A DNA stretch of 64,000 nt from the human T2T-CHM13v2.0 reference genome, Homo sapiens, in NCBI RefSeq assembly GCF_009914755.1, contig NC_060926.1. One strand, 5' to 3'. The notes beneath the pieces were generated by a model. It saw only the letters and a list, made by a program, of their open reading frames with translations, was not told the origin of the DNA and made no database searches. The stretch's first letter is position 1; every line of letters begins with the position of its first letter. Positions 10,690-27,253 of this stretch are shown piece after piece. The translations under genes and the position numbers were made by a program.

Positions 10690-12560
10690 ACATATTTTAT
10701 AATTTTCTCCATGAGGATTTCTAAAGAATTTATTGCTAGCTAATTCACTGTTTTTGCTGCTATTATAAATTATATTTTTTGTGCTTTAAGCTTTAGGTAC
10801 ATTTTTAACTTGACTACATAACTAAAGAATATATAGATATATACATACACATATAATTTTGTAACCAGAAACACTTTAAGCCAGTTCATATATTAATTTG
10901 ACAATATATTCTCTAATACATTTTATGCAGATGATCATAATATCTGCAACAAAGTTTTTCTCTTTCTAGCGAATCCTTACATTTTATTGCAGGTTCTCTC
11001 TATTCCATTTCAGATATCTGAGGAGGAATGACAGCTATTAAAATGTTGAATACAGGTGAAAATAGCTGGCATCTTTAATCACTTATGGATGTAAATAAAT
11101 ACTTTTTAAAGTTTTGGAAGATAGTCTTTAATATGTTAATTTATTTCACTTTCTTATTTTTTAAACTGGTTTTTACTCTGTAATTAATGTTGAATTTCAT
11201 CCATTGTTATTTCTATAACTATGAAAATGATTTCATATTTTCCTCTTTGTATGTCAACACTGCCGGCTGTATCCAAGATATTATTTTAGGTCTACCTTAC
11301 TAAGAGAACATTGATTGTGTTCAAGTATAGATTGGTCATGTAGTTCATAAGCTGGACTCCTCCTCAATTTCAAGGGTGAATTTTGATTAGTCTGAATTAA
11401 CTATGGTAATTCTATTATCTATCTCAGTGATTGGTTTAAATATAAATGAATGACATGATCTGGCCAATGAGACATAAAATGTATTCTTGCTTGGGGATTC
11501 CAGAAAGAGAACATGGAAAGAACTAATCTACACAGCTGTCCAGGGAACCATCACACACTAAATATTGCAAAGAGTAAAAATAAATGGAACCTAAGTCCCT
11601 GGTAACACAGTTGTTCTCCTAAGTTAGCCCTAAACTCATCCAACATCTTGGCTTCTTGTTTTGTAAAATAATACCTGCTATTTTTGTTATCCTCCATCTT
11701 ACTTGAAGTCAAAAGCATCCTAACATGCAGTGAATTGCCCATGTAGGTTTTCCAATGCCAAACCATTCTTGCATCACAAAACACACCTTACCTAATCCTG
11801 ATGTTATTTATTTTATGTCACCCAGGATTTGGGGTAGCTGGATTTTATTTAAACATGTGTATCTACATTCAGTTGTGAGATTGCTCTATAATTTCCCTTT
11901 TTTATATTGTCAATGTACAAAGTAATAAAAGCAGCATAAGATGGGATGGGAAAATCTCTTTATTCTTTTGAAGAGCTTGTATCCAGTTTGAATTATTTAT
12001 TCCTCGAACATCTGCTGTAACTTGGCTAACAATCTGAACCTAGTAGGTATTTTTTTGGTTTAGTTGTATTAGTTATGTGTGTGCGCATTTTGTGGGAGGA
12101 GGGATAGGTGATTTATTAACAACTAATCTGATTTCTTAAGGGTCATAGAGTATTAGATTTTCTGTGTTCTTTTGAATCATTTGTGGTAGCATATATAAAT
12201 GCATATTTTTACAGAAAATTATCTGTTACTTCCAAATTCCAAATATGTTGACAGAGAATTCTTTAGTGTAAACACACAATATTAAAACATGGACACATTA
12301 CATCTTGCCATCCCCTGTACATTCTTAATATTCTTCTTTCTCCTAGATCAATCTTTTCAGAAAATAGGGAGTTGACCCTGTCCTCTCTGTTGTTCTTTTG
12401 TTTCTAATTAATTAATTTTCACTTTTTTTATTCTATAGTTTTATATTGTTATTTTTTGACTTGGATTTTTAGATTATTAACCTTTAATCTTCTTTCCAAA
12501 TACATAGATTAAAAACAATACATCTCTGCTTGTGTAGCACTTAGACTGTATGACACTTAA
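10690..12560 (-). mobile_element. Highly decayed L1M (L1ME-like) ORF2 remnant, interrupted by an MLT1 LTR
   Basis: T-rich antisense L1 landmarks such as ATCATAATATCTGCAAC and AAAATGTTGAATACAGGTGAAAATAGCTGGCATCTT. Confidence 0.6.
11245..11730 (+). mobile_element. Old MaLR LTR (MLT1I/J-like)
   Basis: CAGTGATTGGTTTA...ATGACATGATCTGGCCAATGAGAC and terminal ACTTGAAGTCAAAAGCATCCTAAC. Confidence 0.7.
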
Positions 12561-13079
12561 TTTTCTTTGTGCTGTATACATTTTTATTCATTTTTACTTA
12601 CTCTTCAATTTCTATTAAAATATCTACTTATGTCAATGAATTATTCAAAAATTTGGCTTGTTGTTGGTGTTGTCATTAATATTGGAATGAATCAGCAAAT
12701 TACACTGAGGATTTGGATCAGGATTTCTAATCACCAGACTACACATTCTCTCTAAAACATCCTGGCTTTACCATATCTCTTCATCTATGGAATATTGGCT
12801 TTCCATTCATTTCTTTGAAAGAAAACTTACAAATATTTTTTGATATAACTTATCCATAATTTCTATATGTATGTTGCAAGAGATAGGATTATGTTAAGTC
12901 AATCACTGTGTGGCAGAAACTAGAATTTTCTTCCAAATGATACTTTATATATTTTTTCTATGACTAGCAATGTGCTTATCCAGATGGTCAAAAATTGTTG
13001 CATTCTTTGATGCTATTGTCTAGAAATGAATTGCATAGACCCAGTGGAAATCTAGTAGAAAACCAAAGGACAGTTTTTC

Positions 13080-16037
<2,958 letters not shown>

Positions 16038-17740
16038 AAGATTTATGAACTTCCTGAGAAAGAATTCAAAATAACTCCCTTAAGGAAGTTAAGTAGGCTA
16101 CAAAAGAAGACAGTAAATCTCTAAGAAAATAACAGAAAAACAAAACATGAACAAAATAAGAAGCTCAACAAAGAAGTATAAAATACAAAAAAGAACCAAA
16201 TAGAAATTCTAGAGCTGAAGAATACAATAACTGAGTTGATCAATTCAAAAGAAAGCTTCAACATCAGGCTCAATCAAGCAGAAAAAATATCAGTAAACTT
16301 GAAGACAAGTCATTTGAATTTATCCAGTCATAGGAACAAAAAGAAAACAGAATAATATAGAGTGAAAAAAGTCCATGAGACACCATCAAATAAACCAATA
16401 TACATATTATGAAAGTCTCAGAAGGATAAGAAAAAGAGAAAGGGTAGAAAGCATATTTAAAGAAATAGTGGATGAAAACTTCTCAAATCTAACAAAAAAA
16501 TGGACATCCAGAATTATGAAGCCCAAAGAACCCAAATAGGTTGAACTAAAAGCAGTCTACAGTAAGACACATTATAATAAAATTATCAAAAGTCAAAGAC
16601 AAAGAATTTTGAAAGCAGCGAAAGATAAACAATTTGTTACATGCATAGGAAGCCTCATGAGAATATCAGCAGATTTCTCAGCAGAAATCATACTGTCCAG
16701 GAAAGAGTGAGACACTAAATTCAAAGTGCTAAAGGAGAAAACTGCCAACCAAGAATACTATCCCTGTACTTCAAACATGAAGGTTAAAGATATTCCCAGA
16801 CAAACAAAAACTGAGAGAGTTAATCATCATTAGACCTGCTTTAGAAGTCCTAAAGGGAGCTATTCAAGTTGAAACTAAAGACTGCTAAACAGAAACACAA
16901 AAGCATATGAAACTACATCTGCACTCCTATATTCATTGCAGTATTATTCATAATAGCCAAGATATGGAAGCAACCTAAATGACTGTCAATGAATGAAGAA
17001 AATGTGGTATATACATGTCATATATACTATTATTAATAGTAAATATTATGTTAATGTTACAATTATATAACACATAATTATATCTTCTAAACATAGCACA
17101 TATATAGGATATATTACAATATATAATTGTATGTTATGTATATAATATATAAATAATATCATATATTAATATATGATATTATTCAGACTTTAAAAAAAAT
17201 TCCTGCCATTTGTGACAACATGGATAAAGTGAAGTATATTATGCTACATCAAATAAGCCAGACACAGAAGAACAAATACTTTATAAAATATTATTTATAT
17301 GATGAATCTAAAATAGTCAAAATCATAGAAGCAGAGAGTGGAATGGAGGTTTTCAGGGGCTGGAGCGAGGAGATGGAAATGGGGAAGTATTAGTCAAAGC
17401 ACACAAAGTTTCAGTTATACAAGATGAATACATTCCAGGAATTTACTGTACATCATAGAAACTATAGTTAACAATACTGTGTTGTACACTTAAAATTTTG
17501 CTAAGAGAGTGGATCCTATGTTAAGTGACATTATTACAAAAATATAACAAATAACTAGGGCAGGAGGAACCTTTTGGAGCTGGTGGATAGATTTATGGCA
17601 TGGATTATGGTGATAGTTTCATAGGTGTATACTTACCTTCAAACTCATCATGTTGTATACTTATCATGTTGTTCATGAACGTATGAAATATGTACAACTT
17701 TTTGTATATTAATCATACTGCAATAATTTTTTTAAAAAAA
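16038..17740 (+). mobile_element. Old L1 (L1MA/L1MB-like): ORF1 portion joined directly to ORF2 end and 3' UTR
   Basis: 16038-~16912 resembles ORF1 (GAAAGAATTCAAAATA, GCAGATTTCTCAGCAGAAA, ACTGCCAACCAAGAATACTATCCC). From ~16913 comes ATCTGCACTCC...AATAGCCAAGATATGGAAGCAACCTAAATG and a 3' UTR ending in an A-tail. Confidence 0.88.
17020..17182. repeat. Degenerate (TA)n-rich low-complexity tract within the L1
   Basis: About 160 bp of mostly A/T, with alternating TA runs. Confidence 0.85.
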
Positions 17741-20584
17741 GAAGGGTAGTTCAGGTAAATGTGGGTAGGCCCAATGCCAACTTTGCAAGTCAAATAGAAT
17801 GTACTTGGCCCACTAGCTTTTAAAAAGCATTCGTAAAATTGATTTCAGATGAACATTCTTTTCCACAAGGAAATTAAAAACACATTCACAGACCATCTCA
17901 TTTCCCTTCAGAATTTCTCTAAGCAGGCATTTTAAGGAGTTTACTTTCCCACTTTATTTCTAGGGAATCTAAAGTTTAGTATCCGAGGCCCAATTTCTGA
18001 TGAAAATCCAACGTGCTATTTAAAATACAGCTTAGCATTACAGAAAGTATCACTCTAATATTGGATTTTCTTTATGAAACAAGATATTCTTCTGGAATAT
18101 GTACTGAAAGAGGCAGCATATTTCTGAAGCAAAATTTGAGGCTTCTTTGGGTTTTATTCGTTCTTCAAATAAGATCAGATTTAGAATAATGCTACGAAAG
18201 TGTCATTATATTATTCTACCCCAGTATGTGCCGTGTCTTTATGTAAATAGTTTTAAGTGACACTGTTGCTGCCCACACAGACAGAATCTCAAATGCTGGG
18301 GGAAATAATTTTTCTCTTAAACATTTTCTTTCATTTTTACTGTAAGAATGATACATTCTGCAGTTACAAAGATGAGAATTACATAGTCTTAGGGATAGTG
18401 GAATAATGGCTAAAAGTCATATTTGATATAGCAAAGCCTCGTTTGTTTGATCTGTAATAATTTTTAAAATTGATGAATAGACAGTGATTAGCCTTGTGTT
18501 TCTTCTCTCCCATATATCAGGAATAATTTTATTAAGTAACTTTATAGTGCAAAACATATGTAGGGAAAATACTCAAACTCTATAGGTAAACATATTTCCT
18601 TCAAATCATTCTTATCTATTCATTTAAATGTATTCCTTTAGCAATATGGTAGTCTGGATATAATTTATTAGCTATATCTAGAAGCAAATAATTGGAAATG
18701 CTTTGAAATATATTATCCTTCAAATGTCTTATTACTTTAAACTGACTATAAGTTTCTTAGCTTATATTGTATTAGCTGACATTGATCCATAACTGTGACC
18801 CAATTTCTTAAATAAATCATTATTGATTCATTTTTTGTTGTAACTCAAGAACTCATTGTGGGGGAAAAAATAACTAATTGTGGGAAAGATGAAGGAAACT
18901 TGGGCCTTCACTCATTATTGTCCTCCAGCTTGTCTCACGATCGACTTTGTTCAGAGTTCAGAATCAATATCTAATTAGACGTAGTCAAATCAACGAAATA
19001 ACAAACACACCATTTCTGCCTCCCTACATCAGAATGACTCTAAATAAAAGTAAGAAAATAAGCCATAATCTTTCCCATTACTTTAAGGATGTGTTCACTA
19101 AAAATCAATACGTATTACTAAAGACTTTATAATCGTTTATCTTTTAATCACCTCTGGAATGTGAAAATACTCTGAAAACAAGACATAAAAGCTTTCCTCC
19201 ATTTGTCCGTCTCTAATTCGCATGCTACACTTTTCTGTCAAGGATCTTTTGAATTTCACTAGAATCTCACATAAAGAACAATTTAAAAATATGAGTCACT
19301 TGCAGCCTTTGCAAAAAATTCTACAAATCACAGATCTGTTGGGATTTGGGGGCGATATTTGATGCTATGAAAAAATAGCAGAGCTGTTCACACTCCTATA
19401 GTATTTGGACACATTGCCATTGCCAGGTGGTGCAGAATAAATAAAGCAAGATTGTTGACAAGAGAAAGATTACTGTAACAAAAATTTTGCACTAGTTGAG
19501 CTGCCATACCCCAGCATGGTAGATTTAGGCCATTCAGTAATATTTATAATGTTCATATTTCAGTCAAAATTAATAATAATATTTTTATGTCTTCAGCCAG
19601 TCTTTCAGGAATTAGAGAAGAAACAATAAGGATGGCCTTATTGATCTGCTTAGCTAAAACATTAAGAAGCCTTTTATAAGACAACGTACAGAAAAATCTC
19701 AGTTTGTGGCACCAAATGGTATTAAATATGCCCACTTCCTGTTCTAATCATTTGCCTATTTTACCTGTTTTAAAATGTTTAAATAAAGTAACTGTACTCT
19801 TATTCTAATAAATGTTTCCTGTTAAAATATTCTTTTTTGTTCCCCTTTTTCTATTGGATTTATATCACCATAACTATGTGAGAAGGTCATAATAATCATG
19901 CACCCTCCATGAATGGTATTGCAAAATGAGAAACAGCCAACCTGATTTACTCGTCCACTCAAAATGACGGCAGCAATTTTTCGGAAAATGTACATACCAA
20001 TATGTAGTTTTGGTTGATCTCATGTGATGTTTTTAGCATGACAATAGTCATAGGTAGATTAGGTTAAATAATTGTGGGAAGAGGAGGAACAAGAAAACAA
20101 AAACTATATTTTGTTCCGTGAGGTAATTTTTTTGTGATAATAACACAAAACAGTACATTTTACATTTGCTCATAGAGTAGGCATGAGAATCAGCCCTACA
20201 TTGTCACACGAACTACAACTGCTCCCACCAAATGAGGTAGTGGAGGGGAACATTATTTGCTTTAGTGAATAAGTCACTCTTGCACTAGAATAAACAGGGA
20301 GTGGAAATCCACAGCAATGCATCCGTACCTAAAATCCATCCCAGGCAACAAATTGATTTGAAAAGCTGTGGTGTTTAGAATCATAAAAATGATGAAGGAA
20401 GTGAAAAAGTCAGATAAGCAACATTCTAAAAGTTAAGACACATGTGAGTAAATTAGATCAGCTTTTTAACTGGGGTAAGGAATTGAGGGAGAAAGAAAGG
20501 GCTGCCCTGTCCTGCCTGCTGACACACAGAGAGCCCTCAGCATGAAAGAAGTGAAGAATATTGTGAAGTAGGCATCAGAGAAGT

Positions 20585-20722
20585 CAGGAGCACAGACTCC
20601 AGAAGTGTTCAGTGGGCACCAACCCTACCTCTGCCACTTTCTAGCTGTGTGACCTTGGCTATGTTGTAGTCTCTCTAAGTCTCAGTCTCCTAGACAGTAA
20701 AATGAAGGTAATATTGGTACTA
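20585..20722 (+). mobile_element. MIR 5' part and core
   Basis: CTCTGCCACTTTCTAGCTGTGTGACCTTGG...TCTCAGTCTCC...GTAAAATGAAGGTAATA. Confidence 0.85.
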
Positions 20723-20724
20723 GT

Positions 20725-21105
20725 GACTTCATCTTCCACCACTCACCCACTCCTGAACATGTCAAGCACCCCCGGCCTCAGGGCTGTTGCTTTTTTGTTC
20801 CATCAGTGTGGAATATCCATCATCCAGAGAAATTCAAGGTCTACTCCCTCTTATACATTCTTTGGTTTTTCCCAGATCTCTCCTACCCTATCTAAAATGG
20901 CACCTCTTTCTACTTCCCACATTCTCAATACTTTTTCTCCATAATGTTATGCATTTATTTCCATTGTCTGTTTCTTCCACTAGAACATAAGCTCCAAAGG
21001 ACATGGACTCGCTATATTCAGTGTTGGAGCACTACCTGACCCATCATGGGCGCTTGGTCAATACTTATGGAATGAATGAATGAAAAGCTGATGAATGAAT
21101 GAATT
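20725..21105 (+). mobile_element. L2 3' end
   Basis: CCACTAGAACATAAGCTCCAAAGG...AATACTTATGGAATGAATGAATGA (L2 tail). Confidence 0.8.
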
Positions 21106-21679
21106 AATAAAAGGAGGGTTGTGGGTGAGGGGATAATGTTTTCACTGGAGGCTGCAGTGGCCAAACCACACAGGCCATAAAGAATGAGTTAAGGAATTTG
21201 GCCTTTACCTTCCCCAAAAAAGGGATGTGATCTCCAAGCATTATTGTGAAAAATAAATGAGAGAGGTAAAGCAATTCAGCCCAGAATCAAAAACATCTTT
21301 TACTCAGTACATGTTAGTTATCACTGTAGTATGAGTGTAAGTCCCAGTTAATCAGTTGCACAATAAAATCGCTATTCAGGTGTTTGTGGGAGATACCACT
21401 TCCCCTTGTAGAACTTTAGAATTTTTACAAGAAAATAGATTGTGAAATCCTCTGGCCAATTGCCTTTCAAAACAATTTTCCATTTCCTGCCTCCTAAGCT
21501 AGCTAATTGCAATGATGGTTTTATAAAATCTGACCTCCTGGGTGCTTAAAACCTCACATGCGTTTGATCAGTTAAAAGAAAAAAAAGGACTCTGCAGGCA
21601 TGAACAGATTGTTACTTTTATTCACTCTTCCTTGATAAGCCAGAGTCTGCTAGGTTGAGTAACTGTACCAGCTTCCATG

Positions 21680-21920
21680 TATGGCTCATTTACTAAGTGC
21701 TAGGCATTGTGTTAACCATTTTTAAATAATATTCCTTTTAGGAAGATAATCCTCACAATGACCCTCAGAGATAAATATTATTATTATGCCCAGGTTACAC
21801 ATGAGGAAACAGAGCCAGAATATCTGTTTCCCTAGGTGCTGCAGTCAGCCACAGTACACGGCAGAGACAGGCTTTGCAGGCATGCAGTTGGCTTCCAGAG
21901 CCAGCACTCACGAGCTCACC
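21680..21920 (-). mobile_element. MIR
   Basis: GTGCTAGGCATTGTG...AATCCTCACAATGACCCT...ACATGAGGAAACAGAG. Confidence 0.75.
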
Positions 21921-24599
21921 GTTAGTCTCCTCCAAGGAAGGAGCACCAGAGAAGTCCAGCAAATGGTCTGCCACACAGCTGGGAAGACAGCCAGCATGGA
22001 TTCAAGCCTGAGTATATAACACCAGATCCCATATTGCCAAACTGCCTCCAACTATTAATTCTTTATTATTTCTTAACAATTTAGAGACCTTGGCAATTCC
22101 TCCCCACTTCAATACAGGTGTGATGCATAGCCTTCCAGAGTTGTGAAAAGTGAGAATCTGTCTACAGATGAAGTTTTCTGAAGTCTGGGGTTGGAATGTT
22201 TATGAATAAACTTATGATTTGTATAATCTGGGAATTTTTAAAGTTTTCCCTTCCTACGCACATGATATAATGCTTGTACATGCATTTGCAAATAACTGAG
22301 CAGGTTATATACACCCATGATCAGTTCTTCTTTCTGCTTTGAATGGGATCATTACAATTAATCCTCATCACTTCTTTCTTTAAAAGGGCTAACGGAGCAC
22401 AAAAGAAAAGGGGAAATACCAACTTTAGGTGACAGAAACTATTAAATCAAGTAGTTCTTTTACTTCTGGAATGAGAAAATAGGAAGTTTAGGGACACTTA
22501 TTTAAATGAACTATATCACAATGCCATTTCTGATTTTTAAGGATCTGAGATAGGATGTTCATTTAGAACTTAACTGGTAAAGGGAAAAATAGCAGGAATC
22601 CAATTTCTTCAAGAAAATACTTAATGTGAAAATTGGCTCAAAAACATGATAATTGTGGTTCTGTCTTTTCAAGCCAGCAGAAATGGCATATAATCTTAGT
22701 ATCAGCTTCTCAAACACATGTGTTTTCAGCTTGCCTTACCGGGCCCCATCTGGTCCTTATTGCTATAAGGTATATCCAGACGCTACTGTTAACCATTGTA
22801 GAGCTATGAATAGTAGAAAAGTATAAGCTAAAAAAAGGATTCTGATCAATTTTTTAAAATTGGTGCATTACCACTTCTTTTGATATATCATTCTAGGCTC
22901 CCATCAAAGGTTATTAGTTCTCAAGGCAGTACCAAGCCAAGCCAATGCTTTAAAACATTTCCCAGCCATATACTAACCATTAAGAATGGGTCTTCTCATT
23001 GAAAACAACTGCCATTACCTCATCTTTTCTAAATAGAAGGTTTTCTCATCCTTTGTTGAAAATAGTGCTAAGTATCTTAGTCTAGTAGATAGCATTGCTT
23101 TTCCCCTCTATTGATCAAGATGACTATCTATTAAAAAGAGTTTGATTTGGATTCAGAGAATGTTGATACATGTAGCTGCCACTGAATCACAAAGCCAAGA
23201 TGTCACATTGTATATTAAATCCAAGACAAATTCCCAGCTAGAGAAAACCTCTTATCAAGAGCAGTCAACCTCTGAATGTCTCATTCTCCCAATTACTCTC
23301 TAGAATAGTGTGGGCAGCTTGTGGTAGCAAAAAAGAGAACACGGAGGCATCCTTTCTGCACATAAGCGTATGGCTTACTTTTTTGGAAGAAGATCCTACC
23401 ATACTCCACAATGAGGGGATGGATGCAATCAATGGAGCCAGAGTCTAGCTTTTTATTTTAGAAAAATCTGGAATTTGGTACTGTTTTAAGGAATGAGCAT
23501 TCCATTGGCCCTAATTACTGTTGGAAACAATTCTATTGGAACTAGTGTAATTCAATATGGAATTTCTCTCCAGACCACCAGTTCAAAATTGGCTCCAATG
23601 AGAAAGAGTTCAGAGTTATTATCTGATGGCTGTCTGCCTGCCAGAATGAGATGGTTTAGGGGAATTGACTACTTTCCATGTAGGGAGGCAGGGCCATGTG
23701 CGTCAAACATTGTTAGTATCGGTGCTTCATCACATACCCTCTCCCCTCCATCTCCCACTGCCCTCAGCAGCACCAAAGCCAAGAAATGGTTGAGATAAAA
23801 ACTATATCATTAGTTTTGCTCTATGTGTGGTCTTGTCTTTCAGAGATAGCTTTAAGTACAAAAGAACCAGAGTTAACAGTTATCACTGGTATGTAAGTCT
23901 CAAGAACTTGCTTCTGCCAAGCCAATATGTGGGTCCATGTAAGGTCAGATTTGGATCTTTAGAGAGTCTAAAGTCTGAAAAATATTGTAGTGCCACTCAC
24001 ACACATGCCAATGAAGGTGAAAACAGGCAAAACCATAAGCAAGTATAGGAAGGTTTAACAAAATAAAAAACTGAAAACTGAAAAAAAATTAAATATCTAA
24101 TTATTTCCAAATAGTTTTCTCATTTGTGGGGGAACTTCTGTTTTATGGATGCCCTAAGCAAATGCATAGGCTGTATATGGAGTATTAAACAAAAGGTGTG
24201 AAACAGCACAGCGATGTGCTGAACATGGTGTCCAAACATCTGTGTTTAAAATATGACTCTACTTGTCAGGTGCAAGGAGCCCTGGACAAGCCTACGAACA
24301 TCATAGCACCTCCATTTTCTCACTTTTAAGCCAATGGTAATATCTGCTCCTAGGGATGTTGGCAGTGTAATGTGATTTCCTACAAGGATGTAGTTTTCTA
24401 AATGATATAGTATTAAACACATGTTAGGTCTTAATATTTTAGTTAGAATTGAGATCCTTCTTTGCATCTTACTTTTTAGAAATTTAAGTAAGATTATTTC
24501 AATGTTTTCCAGTTTGTTACATAAAATTATAAACAATGCTCATCAATTTTGCCAATAAACTTTTGTTAGATTCATTTTAATATACACTCAGTAATATTT

Positions 24600-24850
24600 A
24601 CACAATAGTAATGATAAATACAGGGCACTGGTTGTGTGTCAGGCAGTATCCTCAGTTCACTATTTATGATAACTCATGTAGCTCTTGTAATAACTCTGTA
24701 AGGTAGATATTACTGTCTTTATTTAAATATGAGAAAATTAAGTCACAGAGTAGCTCAGTAGTACATCCAAGTTTATACAGTCAGTAAGTATAGAAATGGG
24801 ATTTGAACTCAAGCGCCCTTGCTCCAAAATATGTGTTAATGACTCAATTA
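24600..24850 (-). mobile_element. MIR
   Basis: TGTGTCAGGCAG...ACTCTGTAAGGTAGATATT...ATGAGAAAATTAAG...GGGATTTGAACTCAAG. Confidence 0.8.
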
Positions 24851-24924
24851 AACTTACTTTCCACAAGGTGTAAATTTAAAAGAAAGATCCAGGTTGCGGG
24901 GGGCAGTGCTATTTTAAGGCTTTT

Positions 24925-25790
24925 CTTCATTTACTCATTCTTGCATCATGCCAAACATTGAAGATACAGTCACACTGCTCTTTCTAATGGGGAGACAGAC
25001 AAGAAACAAGAAAAAAGAAAGAGATAAATGCTATTAGGAAAACAAACTGAGATAATATGTTGGAGAATGATTCTTTAGTTGGGGAAGACCAAGAAGATGA
25101 TATTTGAAGCAAGATGGGAATGTCAATGATGAGTTCATCATGTGAAGATCTGAGCATTCCAGGCAGACATAACTGCAAAGGCAAAAACTCCCAGTTGAGA
25201 ATGAGCTTTGGAAATAAGGCCCGGTGTGAGTGGAAGGAAGTGCATAAACGAGGAACATGGAGGGAGGTGAGGAAGAAGCATAACTTTTTTTGAGGAATGA
25301 AAAGATGGCTAGCATGGCTGGAGAGTACATGTGAGAAGACACCAGAAGGGTGACCTAAGCCACAGAAAACAGGCCTCAGAGGCCATGCCCAGCACTCTCC
25401 ATCACTGAAGAACAATGGAAAGCCACGGTGACATTTCCAGCAGTTGAGAGAGACGATCAGGTATGTCTGGCATGTTTTTGAAAATTATGCTGTCTGCAGA
25501 GCAGATAAACTAATGGAAATCACAAGAATGAGAGAAGAGAGAACAGTCAGAAACTACTACAATAGCACAGGCAAGAGATGACTTCTTGGACTAGGGGTGG
25601 TGGTGATGCAGATGCTGAGAAATGGATGGATTGGAGATATATTTTTGGATGTATAACTGACAGGACTTGGCGAGAGTGAGCAACAAGATGGTGTAGAGGA
25701 TGACTTCTAAGTATCTGGTTTTAATTAGGGAATAGATAGATCATTCCTTGAGAGCACTGAGATGCATTAGAAGATTCCAAGTTTTACTGC
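24925..25790 (-). mobile_element. L2 fragment
   Basis: Antisense L2: GAGCATTCCAGGCAGA...TGCAAAGGC, GGATTGGAGATATATTTTTGGA...ACAGGACTTG, AGGATGACTTCTAAG. Confidence 0.8.
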
Positions 25791-25946
25791 GGATGTTTTG
25801 AGGCCAAGAGACATACAATAATGACAGATAAAAACAAACAAAATCCAATGAAATATTTAATATATATTTATTGAATGGTTAAAACAAACTCCTCTCCATT
25901 TTTCTGACCATGGGTCACCAGCAGTCAGAGACTCACACACAGAAAA

Positions 25947-26110
25947 TCTACTAAAAATACAAAAATTAGTCGGGTGTGGTGGCATGCACCTGTAGTCTCA
26001 GCTACTCAGGAGGCTGAGGTAGGAGAATCGCTTGAACCCAGGAGGTGAGGCTGCAGTGAGCCAAGACCACTGTACTCCAGTCTGGGTGACACAGTGATAC
26101 TCTATCTCAA

Positions 26111-26142
<32 letters not shown>

Positions 26143-26164
26143 AAAAGAAAAGAAAAGAAAGAAA
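25947..26164 (+). mobile_element. 5'-truncated Alu (linker and right monomer) with A/(GAAAA)n tail
   Basis: Starts at TCTACTAAAAATACAAAAATTAG; right monomer with small deletions. Confidence 0.93.
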
Positions 26165-26884
26165 CGCTGTTGTCTCTTTACATCATTCCCAAAGTGACAT
26201 TCTCATTTTTCTGGTAAAAGTTCCCAGTTTGCTTTCAGGAAGCCATTCATACTCATTGCATGCATCCTACTGTGGCTCTCAAAGTTTGCCTGCCATTACT
26301 GCATGCGTGTCCTACACAGGCCAAGCTAAGTATTTCATGATCCTGGCACACACACATTCACACACACATGCACACACAAAAACCGCTTATGGTTGGGGCC
26401 AAGTTACAATGATTTGATGACTGATATTGGAAGAGATAAGTTTGTTCTTTTTAAAAATGTCAAGCCATAAAGACGATATAATTTGGATTCTAGAGTCATC
26501 TTCCAAGGCTACATAAATGAAGTCATCTGCAGTATCAGTGAGTGAGATCAATGAAATGAGATCAAATAACAGAACAAACATCTAGCATTGGGATGACAGA
26601 CTCAGGCCCACGATCATGCCCTCAGTTATAAAAGCAAAAATAAACTCTCCTTTTAAAAAATCTACTTCAGTTGAAAGTGGATTTCTAATGCTTTCATACA
26701 AAGGGATTTGGAAAAATAAAATTTTACTGTAAATATGACAAAATCCCAATGAATTCAGGCAATTTCAAAATGTAAGACATGCCACTATTACAAATACACC
26801 AGTGGCCGACTTGATTAAGAAGAAAATAACGAGTAATTTGGAATACAGGTTTGTCAAAAAAAATACAGAATGCGAAGTCACTAG

Positions 26885-27253
<369 letters not shown>

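Noticed and set aside
24984-25415. 143-aa minus-strand ORF
   Set aside because: Lies within an L2 remnant; pyrimidine-biased stop-poor frame with no recognisable domain.
26094-26417. Lys-rich 107-aa ORF resembling an NLS protein
   Set aside because: Translation of the Alu A/(GAAAA)n tail.
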